A stretch of 64,000 nt of DNA. It comes from Phoronis australis (Eukaryota > Animalia > Phoronida). The translations under genes were made by a program, and so were the position numbers. This document shows positions 21,474 through 34,776 of the stretch, piece by piece. The stretch covers positions 2,272,933 to 2,336,932 of the forward strand of contig NMRA01000001.1 of NCBI GenBank assembly GCA_002633005.1, in the 5' to 3' direction. Below the pieces are notes generated by a model, which ran no database searches, was not told the origin of the DNA, and saw only the letters and a program-made list of their open reading frames with translations. How positions within the stretch are numbered: the stretch's first letter is position 1; each line of letters begins with the position of its first letter.

Positions 21474-23471
21474 ACAGATATGTTGGAGTCATTTTCTAGC
21501 GACAAGATGTATGAACCACAACGGTAGACTGCAAAGGTGATTGTTGCTACGATATGGGTGCGAGAGGCTGTGTTACCACAGTTCACTTCTTTCGAGATTG
21601 GAGAAAGTATGTGTTTGTGACAAGCCAAAGGGAGTCGGAAACCATTCCAGTGTTTGCTTCCAAGTGAATAAGGGGTTTTGGATCATGTGTATTGAAGTCT
21701 GTGTGAATGTTTGCGCAGAAGCATGGCACAGCAAGTCTCCAAGGTCAGCCTTAACTAATGCACAACTACGCAAAGGTGCAGTATGATTCCACGTCACCAC
21801 TGATATTATGTATTTGTGCTGTGCGATTGGATTCTTGGTGCTTTCATTCTGAATGAATTGGAGTAATCTCGTGTGATAATCGATCGCGTTGATAATTGCT
21901 TCAATTTTTTGTCCAAGTGCATTGTGCACGTTGAGACTATGTACAGTCAGAAATATTGAATGGCAATAAAGAATTTGTTCTGCAAAAATAAGACTTAATG
22001 TAGATACCAATTGATATTTGACTAAATTTTTTTCAACAGCACCTATGAACACAATATGTCATGTTTTGACAAGAAAGCACACTGTGTCTATCTCTTCCTG
22101 TTAACCTTGATAGAACAGCATAGCACTATCGTAAACTTTCGAGGCTTTGCCAGTGTTGCCCAACAACACCTCCGATAAATAGCGAGTAATAAATTACTGT
22201 GATGTTAACTTTGATATTGAGAATGCACAGACTTCCATGATTTGGAGCACAGCATATCTCAAATTATGAAGTGAATTGCACTAAAATGAGAATAACTGAA
22301 AATTTCTAGTTGTATTCACATACACCATGAATATGAGCTTGAAGAATCATCTTTGCGAGCATCCACTTGCCAGATTGAGTCACTGGGCTTTACCATAAAA
22401 TCCTGTATGTGAGGTCATGGTCTAATGGGAAAATTAATGCAATTTCTGGGAACAATGCAAAATTCAATGATCCTAAATATATGGCCATATAGTTTTTTAG
22501 ATAAAAGGCTGGTAACAACTTATTCAGTTTCCTACCAAACGACCAAGACCACAACGATATTAAATGCATGGTCAATACCATTTTTCTGTTTATACAAGGC
22601 CAGTCATTTTTCTTGCCTTTACTGTCAATTGCTCATTGCTGCAATAATACTGTGAAGATAAAACCATTCCATGAAAATATTGAGTATAAAATTAACCAAA
22701 CAGTATGTGTTGCGAAGTTAAAAGAAGTGAACATAAGTCTTTCAGTCGAAATGTGTTGCGTGGAAAAATAAAAATGCAACAAACCTAAATACAATAAGGC
22801 CATTCTCTTATTGAAGGGCATGGCAGTACCTATAAAAGCTCATGAACTTGTGCACTGGTTTGACATCCTGGGGAAAATGAACAATGCTGCTGTGTTTTCA
22901 TAAGCTGGAGTGTGACTGACAACACTTCACAGTTCGTTAACAACTCACTAATTACAAGAAAACGAGCGGCACTATGACTCACTGCAAACAAAGTGCCATG
23001 ACTTCCCTGTGAATATCCTCGCAAAGTGAAAACAATGTTCAAAAGATTTTAATTTAGTGCACTAGACGTCGTCAACCAAGACTGGCGGTGGCTACAAAAC
23101 TTTCTCAAAAACATCTAAAGTGACCATAGGCCCAGCTTCACCATTAGATTACAGCAGAGGAGATTTCAAAGATTACTATTGTCCTGAATATTGTCAAAAA
23201 TTTCTTCCCCACTAAAACTGATACAAACAATACCACTAATATGTTTAAACAATGCCTGGTACAGAATAACAATGGCATCTGTGTTTCTGTGTTGCATGGC
23301 AAAATACGGTTGGCACACTTTGTAACGTTGAAACCCAGTGGAGCAGTTGCTGCATGCATTGTGGTGGCAGCCTTGTTTTCAAACAAGTTCACATGAATTT
23401 GCCTCATTCACACCAAATCTAGTTGGTTCACAGACGGTTATTCCAGAAAGCGCTCAACCATTTAGAATGGA

Positions 23472-26400
23472 TCATGACCTCTGACCCTCATTACTCTTCA
23501 GGTCCACACCAGAATCAAGCTCTTGGTCGACAGATTGCATCAAATGTTCGGCATCTTCAAAGTGTACCCCTTCTACGTAACAATTTGGCATCATTTCCTC
23601 CACAAGAACAGTCATCAGAGACATGTTTGAAACACCTGTCATATTCTCCAACTTGAGCCTTCTTAAATTTCTGAAACAAAAATTACAGAAAAAATAAATG
23701 ACTTGTGAAATGAATTGATAAAATTGAGATGAAAATTGATTGTTCTATTGAAGGGTTGTCAAGATACCTGTTCTAGGCAATTTTTGTGTTATAATAGGAC
23801 TACGGAGTTAGTAAACCAGACTGTGTTAGCACTTTCAGTCGCCAACATCAACATGGCCGTATGATGACCTGTACCCGTCAAACTTAATCAGCACCTCATG
23901 TTCTAATAAACAGTTGCATTTAAACTCATAACGCCTGGTACAAAATGTTGCAATTTTTAAAAACAAATCAACTACAAAGTTACACGATCACAAATAAAGA
24001 ACATTCTTACTTTAAATGATGAATTGTAGTCAGTCCCTTGTGGGTAACTTTTGAACATCCACTAATGTCAAGGTAGAGCAGCGTGTCTTGTAGTGTCTCC
24101 AGTTTGTTCAAACACCAATCATCAATCATTGGACAGTTGGACAAGTCTAGATACTTGAAACTCTGCAGGTCGACTGCAACAAGAAGGAACTATAGTTATT
24201 AACATTCTCATAGTGCAATTTTCAGTTTTCATTGCAACGTTACAAGGCTTGAGACAGCTAATCATGAGCTTAAACCTCAACTTGAAATATACCAAACAAT
24301 GTTAAGTCCCACACAACGCATTAAATTAGGTCAAGCTAAAATAAAAAACTTCATAAATCTAGCGTCGATGAATGTTCCATTGAAACAAATGGACTCACTT
24401 CAGTATGGTGTTACTATGTGTAATTAGGGTCACTAATTTCTGACGATTGAAGAACCAACATATGAACCAAAACATTTTTAAGCACAGAAACACACGCGCC
24501 TTCAATACCTAAACGGGATGATGGACATACAGAATGGAAGCGACACTTTGTGCACAAGAATTAGCTCTAAAATGTGATATGTCATCTCAGTAACAGTATC
24601 CGGAATGCCACACATTCCAAATGAACAGCCAACAATTAACATTCTGAGCAACCAAACAACATTGGCATCAATTCGTCAGATTCTCAGGACTAGAAACGGG
24701 CAAACCCAGCATTTGAGAGATTTGAACATCTTTCCATTGATGTAAACAATTCTTTGCTTCAATGAGAATGAACCAACAGAGGGGATGGACATAACTGGGT
24801 CTAAAAATGAGTATGGCATGGCCAATTACTATGTAACTGTAGGAGTCTTCATTTGAATGTCAAAATTCAGTCACTAACATTAGTTTATTGACCTCAAAAT
24901 TCCTCAAGCTATCTTCTGTTCATTGCAAGTTAAGAAGTGAAAAAATATACCGGGTACCCGATCATCACGTTACGCACTGAAAATATCTGAATGCCAAACG
25001 CAGTGTGAAAAAACGTAGAGATCCTAGTTTCCATTTTCGAAAAGAAAAGGAACCAGTGTTAGCAAACACAAAATTCCATTTTTGTTTTGTAAATTATCAA
25101 ATTCCGTTTTACTATTTCAAAGCGATAAAGATAAAAATGATCAGAGAATTGCCTTATTTTTTTGGCTGAATTATGCCGCAAATCTGTTTTTGCTGATTCC
25201 TTGCTGCACGCCATGTTCAATGTTACTCAAAACCAGAAAAAATTCAGTGCCACTTTCAGGAAGAATGAATAACTACTTGAAATGTCTGCTGCAAAATGTT
25301 CATCGACTGATTTGTGGTCAGAACATGTACAATTTGATGGTGTAATCTTAATTTTTGATAATTAAAAAACAAAAATTTTAGAATTATGGTGTCTGCTACA
25401 ATCAGAAATTTGAGAAAGAATTCCATGTATTTTCTAAAACTAGGGTCTCTAAGAGCACAGTTAAAGCAAAACCCAAACAAGATCCTACCAAAGTTATCCA
25501 AGCCCTCATACATAAGTAGAGTGGATGAGGCATCAACAGCTTCCAGTTTCATCTCCGGAACGTAAACATTTGGTAACAAGATCTTGTTATCTTCCAACTG
25601 AAGCCATCGGTCATCCCCTTCAAACTTGACACGCCCCTTTCGACCCAGAACAAAATGAGCCGTGGCTAGATCCGGGCCAAGTAGCTTGTGCCTCTCCTCT
25701 TGGAACCTAAAATTACCCGACTAGTATGAACAACAAATAAATGTTTACCTAGTAAACATAATTAAAATGAGTTTACATTGACAGGACATCACAAAAGTAT
25801 AATTTTGACAGAGTCAAAGCATATTCTTTTTCAATCTGTTGGTAAAGATTATACAAAGCATCTTTCTTTAAGTGCAACAATGATTTATTATAATTTAACT
25901 CTAAAAATTCCAACCTATCCCAAGACCCTATTTCAAGTTCTAATGAAACCAGACTAAGAGGTAGAGTCTGAATACAAATGCCAAATCAGAAGTCACATGG
26001 TCAGGCCTGCCAATTTTCTTCCCTCACAGTATGCATGGTCACTCTCATTAACAGTTTCCTGTTGTCATTAGTGCCACTCTATTCTTACGAGCTCATAGGT
26101 TTTTTCTCATTAACCACAATCCAGTCCTCACTAACCCAGTTCTTTTCTCATTAAACACTTTGAACGTATTCGGTGCTATGCGCATCTACAATCGTGCTTC
26201 AGTTTGCGCAAATGCTTACAGCCGGACAAATGTTGGGCCCCCCCTTGTGATATCCTAGATCCGCCACTGTGTAATATGAATCATTTAGAGTTCTTTTCTC
26301 ATAAAAACTATTCAATTTGCCCTCTGCTGTAGAGTTATCTCCCCTTTCGCTGATGCTGAACACCATTGGGATATCTGATGTTTTCAGCACCTCAATGGAG

Positions 26401-29235
26401 AAAAGTCAAGTTATCACTGAACGGCAGATAAAGAATGGCAGCCTCCTTTGAATGGTGCGTAGAAAGGTTTATACCACAGCATGACAGTATTATTTTATGC
26501 ATGCAATGAGAAGGCCCGACTTTTTCATTTTGTGGAATGAAAGACACTACACAGCACATATGCTGCTCTGCTGTCCAATGGCTCTTGTTTATGAGTATTA
26601 AAGATTCATTTTTAAAAACGATCACACTCTCAGTAATAAGTGTCTTATGCTGTAATTTTTTGGTCTGGAATGAAACCTTCAATTCACTTTAAGTGTTTAA
26701 AACGATTCGCTGTGTAATAGTTTTAAGAATATTGTACAAAAATAATGTCTGACTCTTTCTATTCTAAACTGATAAACCTTTGTTGGTGTCGTTCCTCTTC
26801 CAGCTTCTTCTTGGCAAACCACCTTGTTACTGACTCAAAACTTAGGTCTATCGGCTGCTGGACTGTAGCCAGAAAATCTCTGTCAATGCCTTTTTTTACC
26901 GTATATTTGAGAAAAGTCCTCGAACTAATGAGTTGACCTGTGTTTGTCAGCATACACGACGGAGAATTATGGGACTGTGGAACGAACGCACCGAGACATC
27001 TGGATAGATGATGTTTTGTTGATAACCTGGTGTACAGTGAAGAAGTCTGAAAAACAGAAAGTAAGATATAAGAAATTGCTAAAAGATTGATAACTTAAAG
27101 CTGTTATGTCGAAGAAACTGACTTTAAATTTGGACCACTTACCGTCCTAAAATGGACTCAACTTGTTCTTCACTCAGACAAGGACTGATATTTCTGAGCT
27201 GGCAAAAATGTACAGTTCATTATTCATTGAAATCATGCACTGTACATAAAATGCCACACCGTGACACGCCAAATTCTACAGTCCAGTCTCTAAATATAAC
27301 AAACTGTTCCTTTGAATCCCTTAAACCCGACATCTTTGATCTGACTAAGGAACAATCTGAGACCAATTTTGTTATGGTTAGTGCTCTATGTGATGGAAGC
27401 TGGGTTTATAGCCATTTTAATACAGATGATTTGTGGTTCTCAAAATTTTAAATACATGGCAAAAGTAATGTTCAAGCTCCTGTTTTCTGTCATGAAGCCT
27501 AATTACATCTCCACTAGTAGCTAGCATACGTAACAGGACAGAATAGATTCTCTTAACTTCGGTAGTAGCTGAACGATTTTCGTGATTCAAAAACCGCTAA
27601 ACATGACCAGCATTTGACCAGGAATTCAGAATTGTCATTACCGTAAACTCGCGGATCAACGACCATTCCTGTGTAATCGCCCATCCCCGACTTTTGGTCA
27701 ATTTTCGCTTTTAAGTGTCCACTGCTCGAGTAATCACCCATCCCCTAGTTTGTGCAAATTTCCCCTAAGTGTCCACCTATTGGATAATCATTCACCCCAG
27801 ACTTTTGACCAATTGTTCATTCTAAGCCCCCACTGCTTGGGTAATTGCCCACCCCCCTGCCAAAGGTTTTCTCAATTTAAGCGCCCAGGGCGATAACCCG
27901 CGATTTTACGCTAGTTTATGTTCAAACAGCTTATAACTTATTTTATTTTTAACAGCACAGCCCAGACAGGCCAGATAGGATCTTAATTAGAGGAAAAAGA
28001 GATCTATAGCCCCTACTTTATCAAAATCACAATGTTAATCAGTTGTGTAAGATACTGGTTACACGTACTGCTCAGCTGGCCAACTTGTTCCTTTGCTATT
28101 TGATCGAACAAGTTTGCAGGGGTGGATCCAGGATTTTTATTTAGGGGGGGCCAGCAGGGCAGCGTATTAGCCAGGATTTTGCCCATCAGACGGCGCACCC
28201 CCGAACTGCCAAATGGAATTCTGGGAGAGTTTTAGGGGGGGGGCATGGCCCCCCTCTAAATCCGCCACTGGTTTGTGTCAACAGAAGAACACCTTTGGCC
28301 TAGTAGTAATGCCTTGACTGCAAGGGATCATTCACCGACAGGGAAATTTTATGACTTGGGGAGTAGCCAATCGTAAGGTAGCTATAGCTATCGGGGAACA
28401 CAACACTCAATGATTTCTGGTAGATGTGATTACAATCCCTTTAGTACACACATACTATCAGTGGTGGATTTAGAGGGGGGCCAAGGGGCCATGGCCACCG
28501 TAAAATTCTCCCAGATTCCATTTGGCAGTTTGGGGTTGCAAATGTCTGATGGCCAAAATCCTGGCTAATAATCTGCCCTGGCCCCAACCAACTCAAAATC
28601 CTGGATCCGCCCCTGACTATATTGTGTGAGTAATGTTTAAAAGTTTAAAACAATAGTAGAAGTGGTCGAGATGCAATATTTCAGCAAAAAACAAAAAAAA
28701 AAAAAAACAAAACAAACAAACAAACACTGCCAGATACAGTGATCCCCGAATTAAGATAACAGGCAATCACTGAATAAACGCACCATTTATGGGTCTGCGG
28801 TTATTCGGTGGACGAAAACGTTTCTCTTATAAATCAGAGATCGTAATATCCCGGCGATCAGTACCTAATTAGTACACAGTGCGATTAGTGGTAGGTAGAG
28901 TAAATGCAGTTGCATGACCCAGTTGGATTATAACATTTCAAGCACCTAAAATATGCCTGTGATTACTGATTGTCCTTCTTTATTCAGAACATCCAACAGT
29001 GGAACAATTTGCCTAATAGTCTTAAGGATGCTGAGTGTTATAATTTCAGAGTGTATTGGGTTGGGGACGATCAGAAGCTGAGGACGCCTGCGAGCACTGC
29101 GTCTCAAACTCAATGTTAATAAAATTACCGGAAAATAAAATTCACAAAACTATCAACTAGAGCACGTGGACAACCAAATGATTTGTAACATATAAATAAC
29201 AAGTGAGGAACGATTATCACCCGTTGCATAGACAT
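23472..29235 (-). CDS. DMAC2: Distal membrane-arm assembly complex protein 2 (ATP5SL; complex I assembly factor, LRR-like), 5 exons, about 287 aa
   Basis: Exons 29235-29221 (MSMQR; weaker GTGATA donor, least certain), 27046-26778, 25706-25489, 24173-24011, 23670-23472 (TGA); phases 0,2,1,2. Motifs: ERHKLLGPDLATAHFVLGRKGRVKF, LEAVDASSTLLMYEGLDNF, YLDLSNCPMIDDWCL, LDISGCSKVTHKGL. Confidence 0.88.
27641..27911. mobile_element. Tc1/mariner-type MITE (TA TSD) with internal subrepeats
   Basis: ta|ccgtaaactcgcgg ... ccgcgattttacgc|ta; internal repeats of taatcgcccatcccc...aagtgtccac. Confidence 0.7.
28117..28270. mobile_element. hAT-like MITE with 5-bp TSD (gtttg)
   Basis: caggggtggat ... atccgccactg, flanked by gtttg on both sides. 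Confidence 0.8.
28459..28615. mobile_element. Second copy of the same MITE, inverted, with 5-bp TSD (actat)
   Basis: cagtggtggat ... gatccgcccctg, flanked by actat; the body is the reverse complement of 28117-28270. A partial end lies at about 26237-26270. Confidence 0.8.
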
Positions 29236-29476
29236 TTTCCGTCGATGCTTTCTTGACTCGAATGCGTTCTGCTGAGGTGCACGCCGCTTATATATATATA
29301 AAAACATAAATGAGATTAACAGAGGATATTTCAGTAAATTTGCAATTATTGAGAATCATATGAAATATTTTGAGGTAAATTAAATACATGTGCATTATTC
29401 TAAATTTTTAAAGGGCGCGAAAACCAATTTCTGAGTTCATATATTTATAGTTTTAAGCGACTACATGTAAACAGAA
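29236..29476. promoter_or_regulatory. Putative bidirectional promoter between DMAC2 and DMAC2L
   Basis: 241 bp between divergent predicted ATGs; symmetric (TA)n TATA-like run at about 29289-29304; YY1-like AAATGGCCGC overlaps the DMAC2L ATG. Depends on the DMAC2 exon 1 call. Confidence 0.6.
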
Positions 29477-32400
29477 ATGGCCGCTTCCTTACAAGTGAGT
29501 TTTGTATACGCACACGAAACAATGAGTATTACTTTACGTTTAGTGCATTAAAGCAAGTATTTCTAGTACTATGGGTTGAAACATCCGTTTAGATATTTCA
29601 AAATCTCAAAAATTCTATATAAAACCGCCTATGGATTGATTTATAGATATTTATGTTTGCACGCACAGGCCAGTTACTCAGTCGTCACTGACGCCCCGTG
29701 CAGCGGCTAGTGAATGTAGGCCTACTTGTGATTTAAACCCTGCTATAGATAAAAGACGTTTTGGTAAGGGAAAGGAAAGAAAATTCTACCTAAAAATTTG
29801 TGAATTCTATGCTATAATTCACATTCTAACCTCATCGACCAGTCACTTCAGTATGCCATTTTGGTAGGTTACGCTATTAAGTAACTAAGGGCTTGAGCAC
29901 ACATACGAAGAATGCACCTGTCATTCTTGTGGTTTTGCATGATCGTGTGATCTTGATTTGCTACTGTCTGAACTGGATCAGTGAAGCTGACTCGGATGGT
30001 GGCCATCCCGTAGACTCTTCATACGCTGCAAGCTTAATTTTTAGCAAATTATGCCTCACCTGGCCTAAACCATCAAAGTTACATAGGACATCTTTGAAGG
30101 CCATCGATGTCTTTAGTTCTTCTAACTCCACCAAATACTTTCTATTTCGAGATATCTTCTCAGTACACAGCTCCTTCATTTAACGAAATCTTTGACAAAT
30201 GCCATTTTGTCCAGTTATGAGAATAACGTTTGACCACGACGGACAAATTTCCAACCTACCTACATGTCACGGACATGATCATTGGTAATATGATGGTGCA
30301 TTAATCCCCTCCCTAGACCATCCCCGTGACAATCAGAAGGTGCAAAACTCCAAGGCTGAAATTGCCTGTAAGCATCTGGTTCGACGACACGTGTGCACGG
30401 CTCTTGTCACTTTTAGCAGCATGGCCATATGTAATACCATGTTTGAGCAGTTGGCTACCATCATTAAACTCAGCTAATTGAAACGAAGTCTGCTCGAAGG
30501 TGCGTCAATGAGCCAACAGGTTAATATCAGACGAGTATAAGCAGAGGGGTTGTTAAGTGGTACGTGAGCCAGCGAGGTAATCTCATTAATCAAGACACCG
30601 GCATTGCAGTTATGAAAGACCAGATCACAGTATGATGAGGGTGGCATGATTGAAAGACACCTCATTTGACTGGGAGATTTCCACACTGAACTTTCATCGA
30701 CACCGCCATAGAAAAATTTCTTGCACTATTTTGCAGATTCGTAATTGCCGTATCACCATCACTTCTGAGGTCATTCGTGACTGTTGAGATATGGCTGATA
30801 CTAGATGTTTTGTAGCAGGTGGCCAAATAAATCATATTGGTACATAATGGCATTAGAGTTAGTTTAACTCCACACAGGATCAAAGCTTATTGATGGTTAA
30901 GCCTATTTTTTGGTTTGTGGTTTTGAATATATATGTGTTTTCAGTTGGCGAGTTACCCAAGATTATTGACCTACATATTATTTACATCATATTTATGTTA
31001 GCCAGTAATGTGGGCTAAGGAAACAACTACCCCTAATGCAGAATAGGCTCCTTTTAGCATTATTTTCCTTGTCAACACAAGAAATGTGAAACACATTACT
31101 ACGTGAAGCTGAAATTGGGTTTCATTTTAAATTAGTAATTTTTGGTATTATTTTGTAAATACCTTTACCAATCACTCATTACACACCCATCAATTTTCTG
31201 TGTACAAAACAGTGGGAGATACTTGTTACGTAAGCACTAAACGGGCTAAAAAAGACTAGTGTCCTATCATATTAAACTTTTCCTTTAGTTTTTAATGATT
31301 TGTGTTTTTTGCAGCGCAAAGAACTTCTAAGTCTATCCAAGAAAATTTCAACAGTGCACGAGCTGACCAAGCCTGAAAAACGGCAGTTTTGGGGATGGTT
31401 GAACGCTATATTTAACAAGTAAGCGAAATCACATTATAGACATCATGAGACATCCATTTCCTGCATAATGAACCAGTGACAAACTTGTGTCCACTAGGTC
31501 ACCTGAAAATTCTGCCCTATTATGCTCCCCACACTCTGTTCGTACTAGTAATGAAAGAAAAGGGAGGCTGTCAGTACACATGGTCTGTGCATGCTTGGTG
31601 GACGGGCCCTCCCTGCTCTGTAGTACAGAGCAATTCTGATTTCCATATGCTAACTTTCTGTTGTGTCTTTGATGAAAAAGTCCAGCAACTTCGTGATGAC
31701 TTGGGATTCTTACCAGATTGCCAAACAAAGTCCGAGCCCACATTGGCGACCTGCAAGTCGAGCCTAGACCCATAATGATTGACGTTTTCAAAAGTCTAGA
31801 GTACTTACATATTTTTGACTGACCCTCTCCCTCACCTCATAGACAATTTTTACAAACATTTTCAGATACGTTTAAAAGCATTTACCAGCAATTAACCCCT
31901 TTGCCCAGTGCATGTTTTGTATTCCAGTACTTCGGATGATCTTTAAGATGTGTTTTGAGGATTTCAGGGTGCATGCTTGGCTGATAACTGTTGTAACCAG
32001 ACATTTCTTAACTTTTAAATTGGGAACATCTGAAGACTTCTTTCATGGACAACTACTACTTCTAATATTCATCACAAGTAGCTGTCAATTGATTTTCTAT
32101 CATAATTTCAACTTTTGATCTGCAAGTCTGGCTCCCTTTACAAGTGTTGTCATAGAGGCTTTAAGTCAGCTGGACACTCTGATGGTCCTGATCTACTTTA
32201 AATACGAGTATTTAAGCCTATGTGCTCACATGTAAAGCTGTGCCTCTGAAAACTAGACACATGCACGTCTATGGGAAACACTTGAGCAAAAACTAAAGAG
32301 CAACTACTTGAAATAGCATTAGTGAGGCTTGACTTATCTAATTGAAATCTGTTGAATGTTGACATGTATTCAATATAAAATTGATGTCGAAAGTGAAAAT

Positions 32401-34776
32401 ACAAAGAAAGGATGAAGGATACAGTGGAAACAGTCACTTAAGGACATGCACATACAAGTGACAGCTGCGCGCCTCCTCCTAAAAATGAATTATTGGCACC
32501 TGAACATTAAAATTTTTGAAAAAATTGCAGATACCAGTGCATGGGCCTAAAAACCTGCATATACGGAAATTCATAACATTTTAACTGTCAATGATTGTTG
32601 TCATAAGTTTCAAGTGTTGTATAATTAAAGTGTTTGGTTCACGCAGTCACTTTGAATTCTTAAATGGTATTTAAATAACAGAACATTTCTTACAGGCCAG
32701 ACAATGATCGAATCAAGGAGGTGGGACCAGACAGGTCATGTGCCGAGTGGTTACTGCGTTGTGGTGGTCATGTTCGATGGAAGGACTCGGAGAGATTTCA
32801 CACTGAATACAACCTGTTGCCTCCTGGTAGCTTCCACAAGTACGTCATTGAAGAAGTGAATGCAGACAATGCAGCAGTGATGGGCATAGGGTTTCCACAT
32901 TTCAGTAAGTCAGCAGTTGTGTGTACGTCTATTGGGTAATGACATAACCATGAATTTTTAAATGTTAACTCATTAATAAATTTATGAATGGTCACTTGTG
33001 GGCCTTATGTTCTTAGTCTTCTTGTAAGTTCTTATGTGCTGGATGTTAACAAGATTATCTTATCAAGAAGTAACAATGATGCCACGATCAACAACAGAAG
33101 TGACAGCCTTACGATTTTTGTTCAAAATATAAGTTGGGATTATTTAAAGATGCTATAAACCTGTTGACACACATTTAATTTTGCCGCTAGGATCACTAGT
33201 AGCATGGGTCATTGCGATCGCTATCTTCCCGTGTATTTGCTATGGACTGTAATTGTTTATTGTTGGTTTTTTGCAAATTACAGGTTCATAATGTTGATGA
33301 CAGTTATCACAAGGTGACATTATTAATTTATAACGGCTTTCAACACTTTAGGCGCACCTATTCCACACAGTATTTAATGTTCAAAAGTGGGCTTTGTTTT
33401 TATCCACAACAAAAAATGAAATCAGACATCTTAATTCTTTAGGCAACTCTTATCTTAAAGCTGTCAGCTTAATGTACCATAAAGAGTAATTGAGAGGAAG
33501 GACTTGAAGTTTTCTGACCATTCAGAGTTGCATGCCTGCCAACTCTGGATGGTCCATCACAACAATATAATGTGATGTTACATTTTCAGAGAAACTAGTA
33601 AATATGTTTACTTATGATGCTTTGAGTTCTATGCAGTTGTCAGTGATAACTGTGTAATGAATGTAACAAATGCTTATTTCCTGAAATAAAGGTGAAAACT
33701 CAAAACTATAATTATAATTTATGCATTAGTTTTAAAAGTGTTCAAATTTTAGGTCATTGAAAGAATTAGTGGGAAAAACGCAAATTCGTACAAAGCTGTA
33801 GTTTGTATAACATCGAAATTTTAGTGATATCTATTGAATAATGAAACCAAATTTGAAATTTTTTCTAGGGTCCTACATAACTCTTAACCTTTCTTACTTA
33901 ATGCGTTTACGTAATGCAGGCACAATGGTAGATCCCCTACCCATCAAAATATATAAAAATGTTTAAAAATGGCGTAAAATATCTTTTAATTTCCAGATGG
34001 TTGTCAGTACATCACAAAAATGCGTCTCCATTATTGCAACTATTTGGACGACAGTGCTCTCTGTCAGTTATCGTATTTGAAGGACAGCCTGCGCCACCTA
34101 GAGATCAGCAGCTGTGGCAATGTAACCCAGGTTGGCATCAAATCGTTAACCCAACTCAGGTATAAATTTTCTTAACTAGTATTGTGGTAATTCCTAAATT
34201 TCTGACACTGATAAGTGTCACTTCTGTAGCAACCATCAGTAAAGCTTGCTGAGGTCGGATCCAACTGAACCATAAGATTTCATCAGAGTATGGCCAAATG
34301 CGACTTATCCGAAGGATCAAGTCCACAAAAGCGGTTGTCCATGGGGCAAGTCCCATGCAGCTATCTGAACGCACCCGTTTGTGTAGGACCTGTGTATCAC
34401 TAGCTCTCCCTAGTGGAGTGGGAGCTCCAACTTCCTGTTGTATGTGTGAGTTCTGTACATGTGAAGTGCCGTCTCCTATGTTATTATCTATTGCCACGTG
34501 TCTATATCATGGCAATGCGAATTTCATAGGACACAATAGAAATAGTATGTACTGTAAAACTGAATGTTTTCGACCAACTCCGTCTGCGGTTGTCCTCAGA
34601 AGTATGATTAACAATCATTTTTTCATCCTTCCAGTTTGCTACAAACACTGGTTCTGTTCGACTTGCCCGAGGTGATTGACAAACCACTTGTTGCACAGCA
34701 TCTAACGAAAGGTTTACCAGGGTGTACCTTGGACTGGCCAGATATGTTGAAAGATCCCAGTAAAGTTATCAAGTGA
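29477..34776 (+). CDS. DMAC2L: ATP synthase subunit s / coupling factor B, mitochondrial (ATP5S), 5 exons, about 211 aa
   Basis: Exons 29477-29494 (MAASLQ|GTGAGT), 31315-31418, 32696-32904, 33997-34159, 34635-34776 (TGA); phases 0,2,1,2. Factor B signatures: FWGWLNAIFNK, RIKEVGPDRSCAEWLLRCG, LEISSCGNVT. Confidence 0.93.

Noticed and set aside
29961-30883. Nested antisense gene in DMAC2L intron 1
   Set aside because: Short, unconnected ORFs with no recognisable domain or consistent splice chain.
34156-34675. 113-125 aa ORFs in DMAC2L intron 4
   Set aside because: No recognisable motifs; they overlap an intron on both strands.
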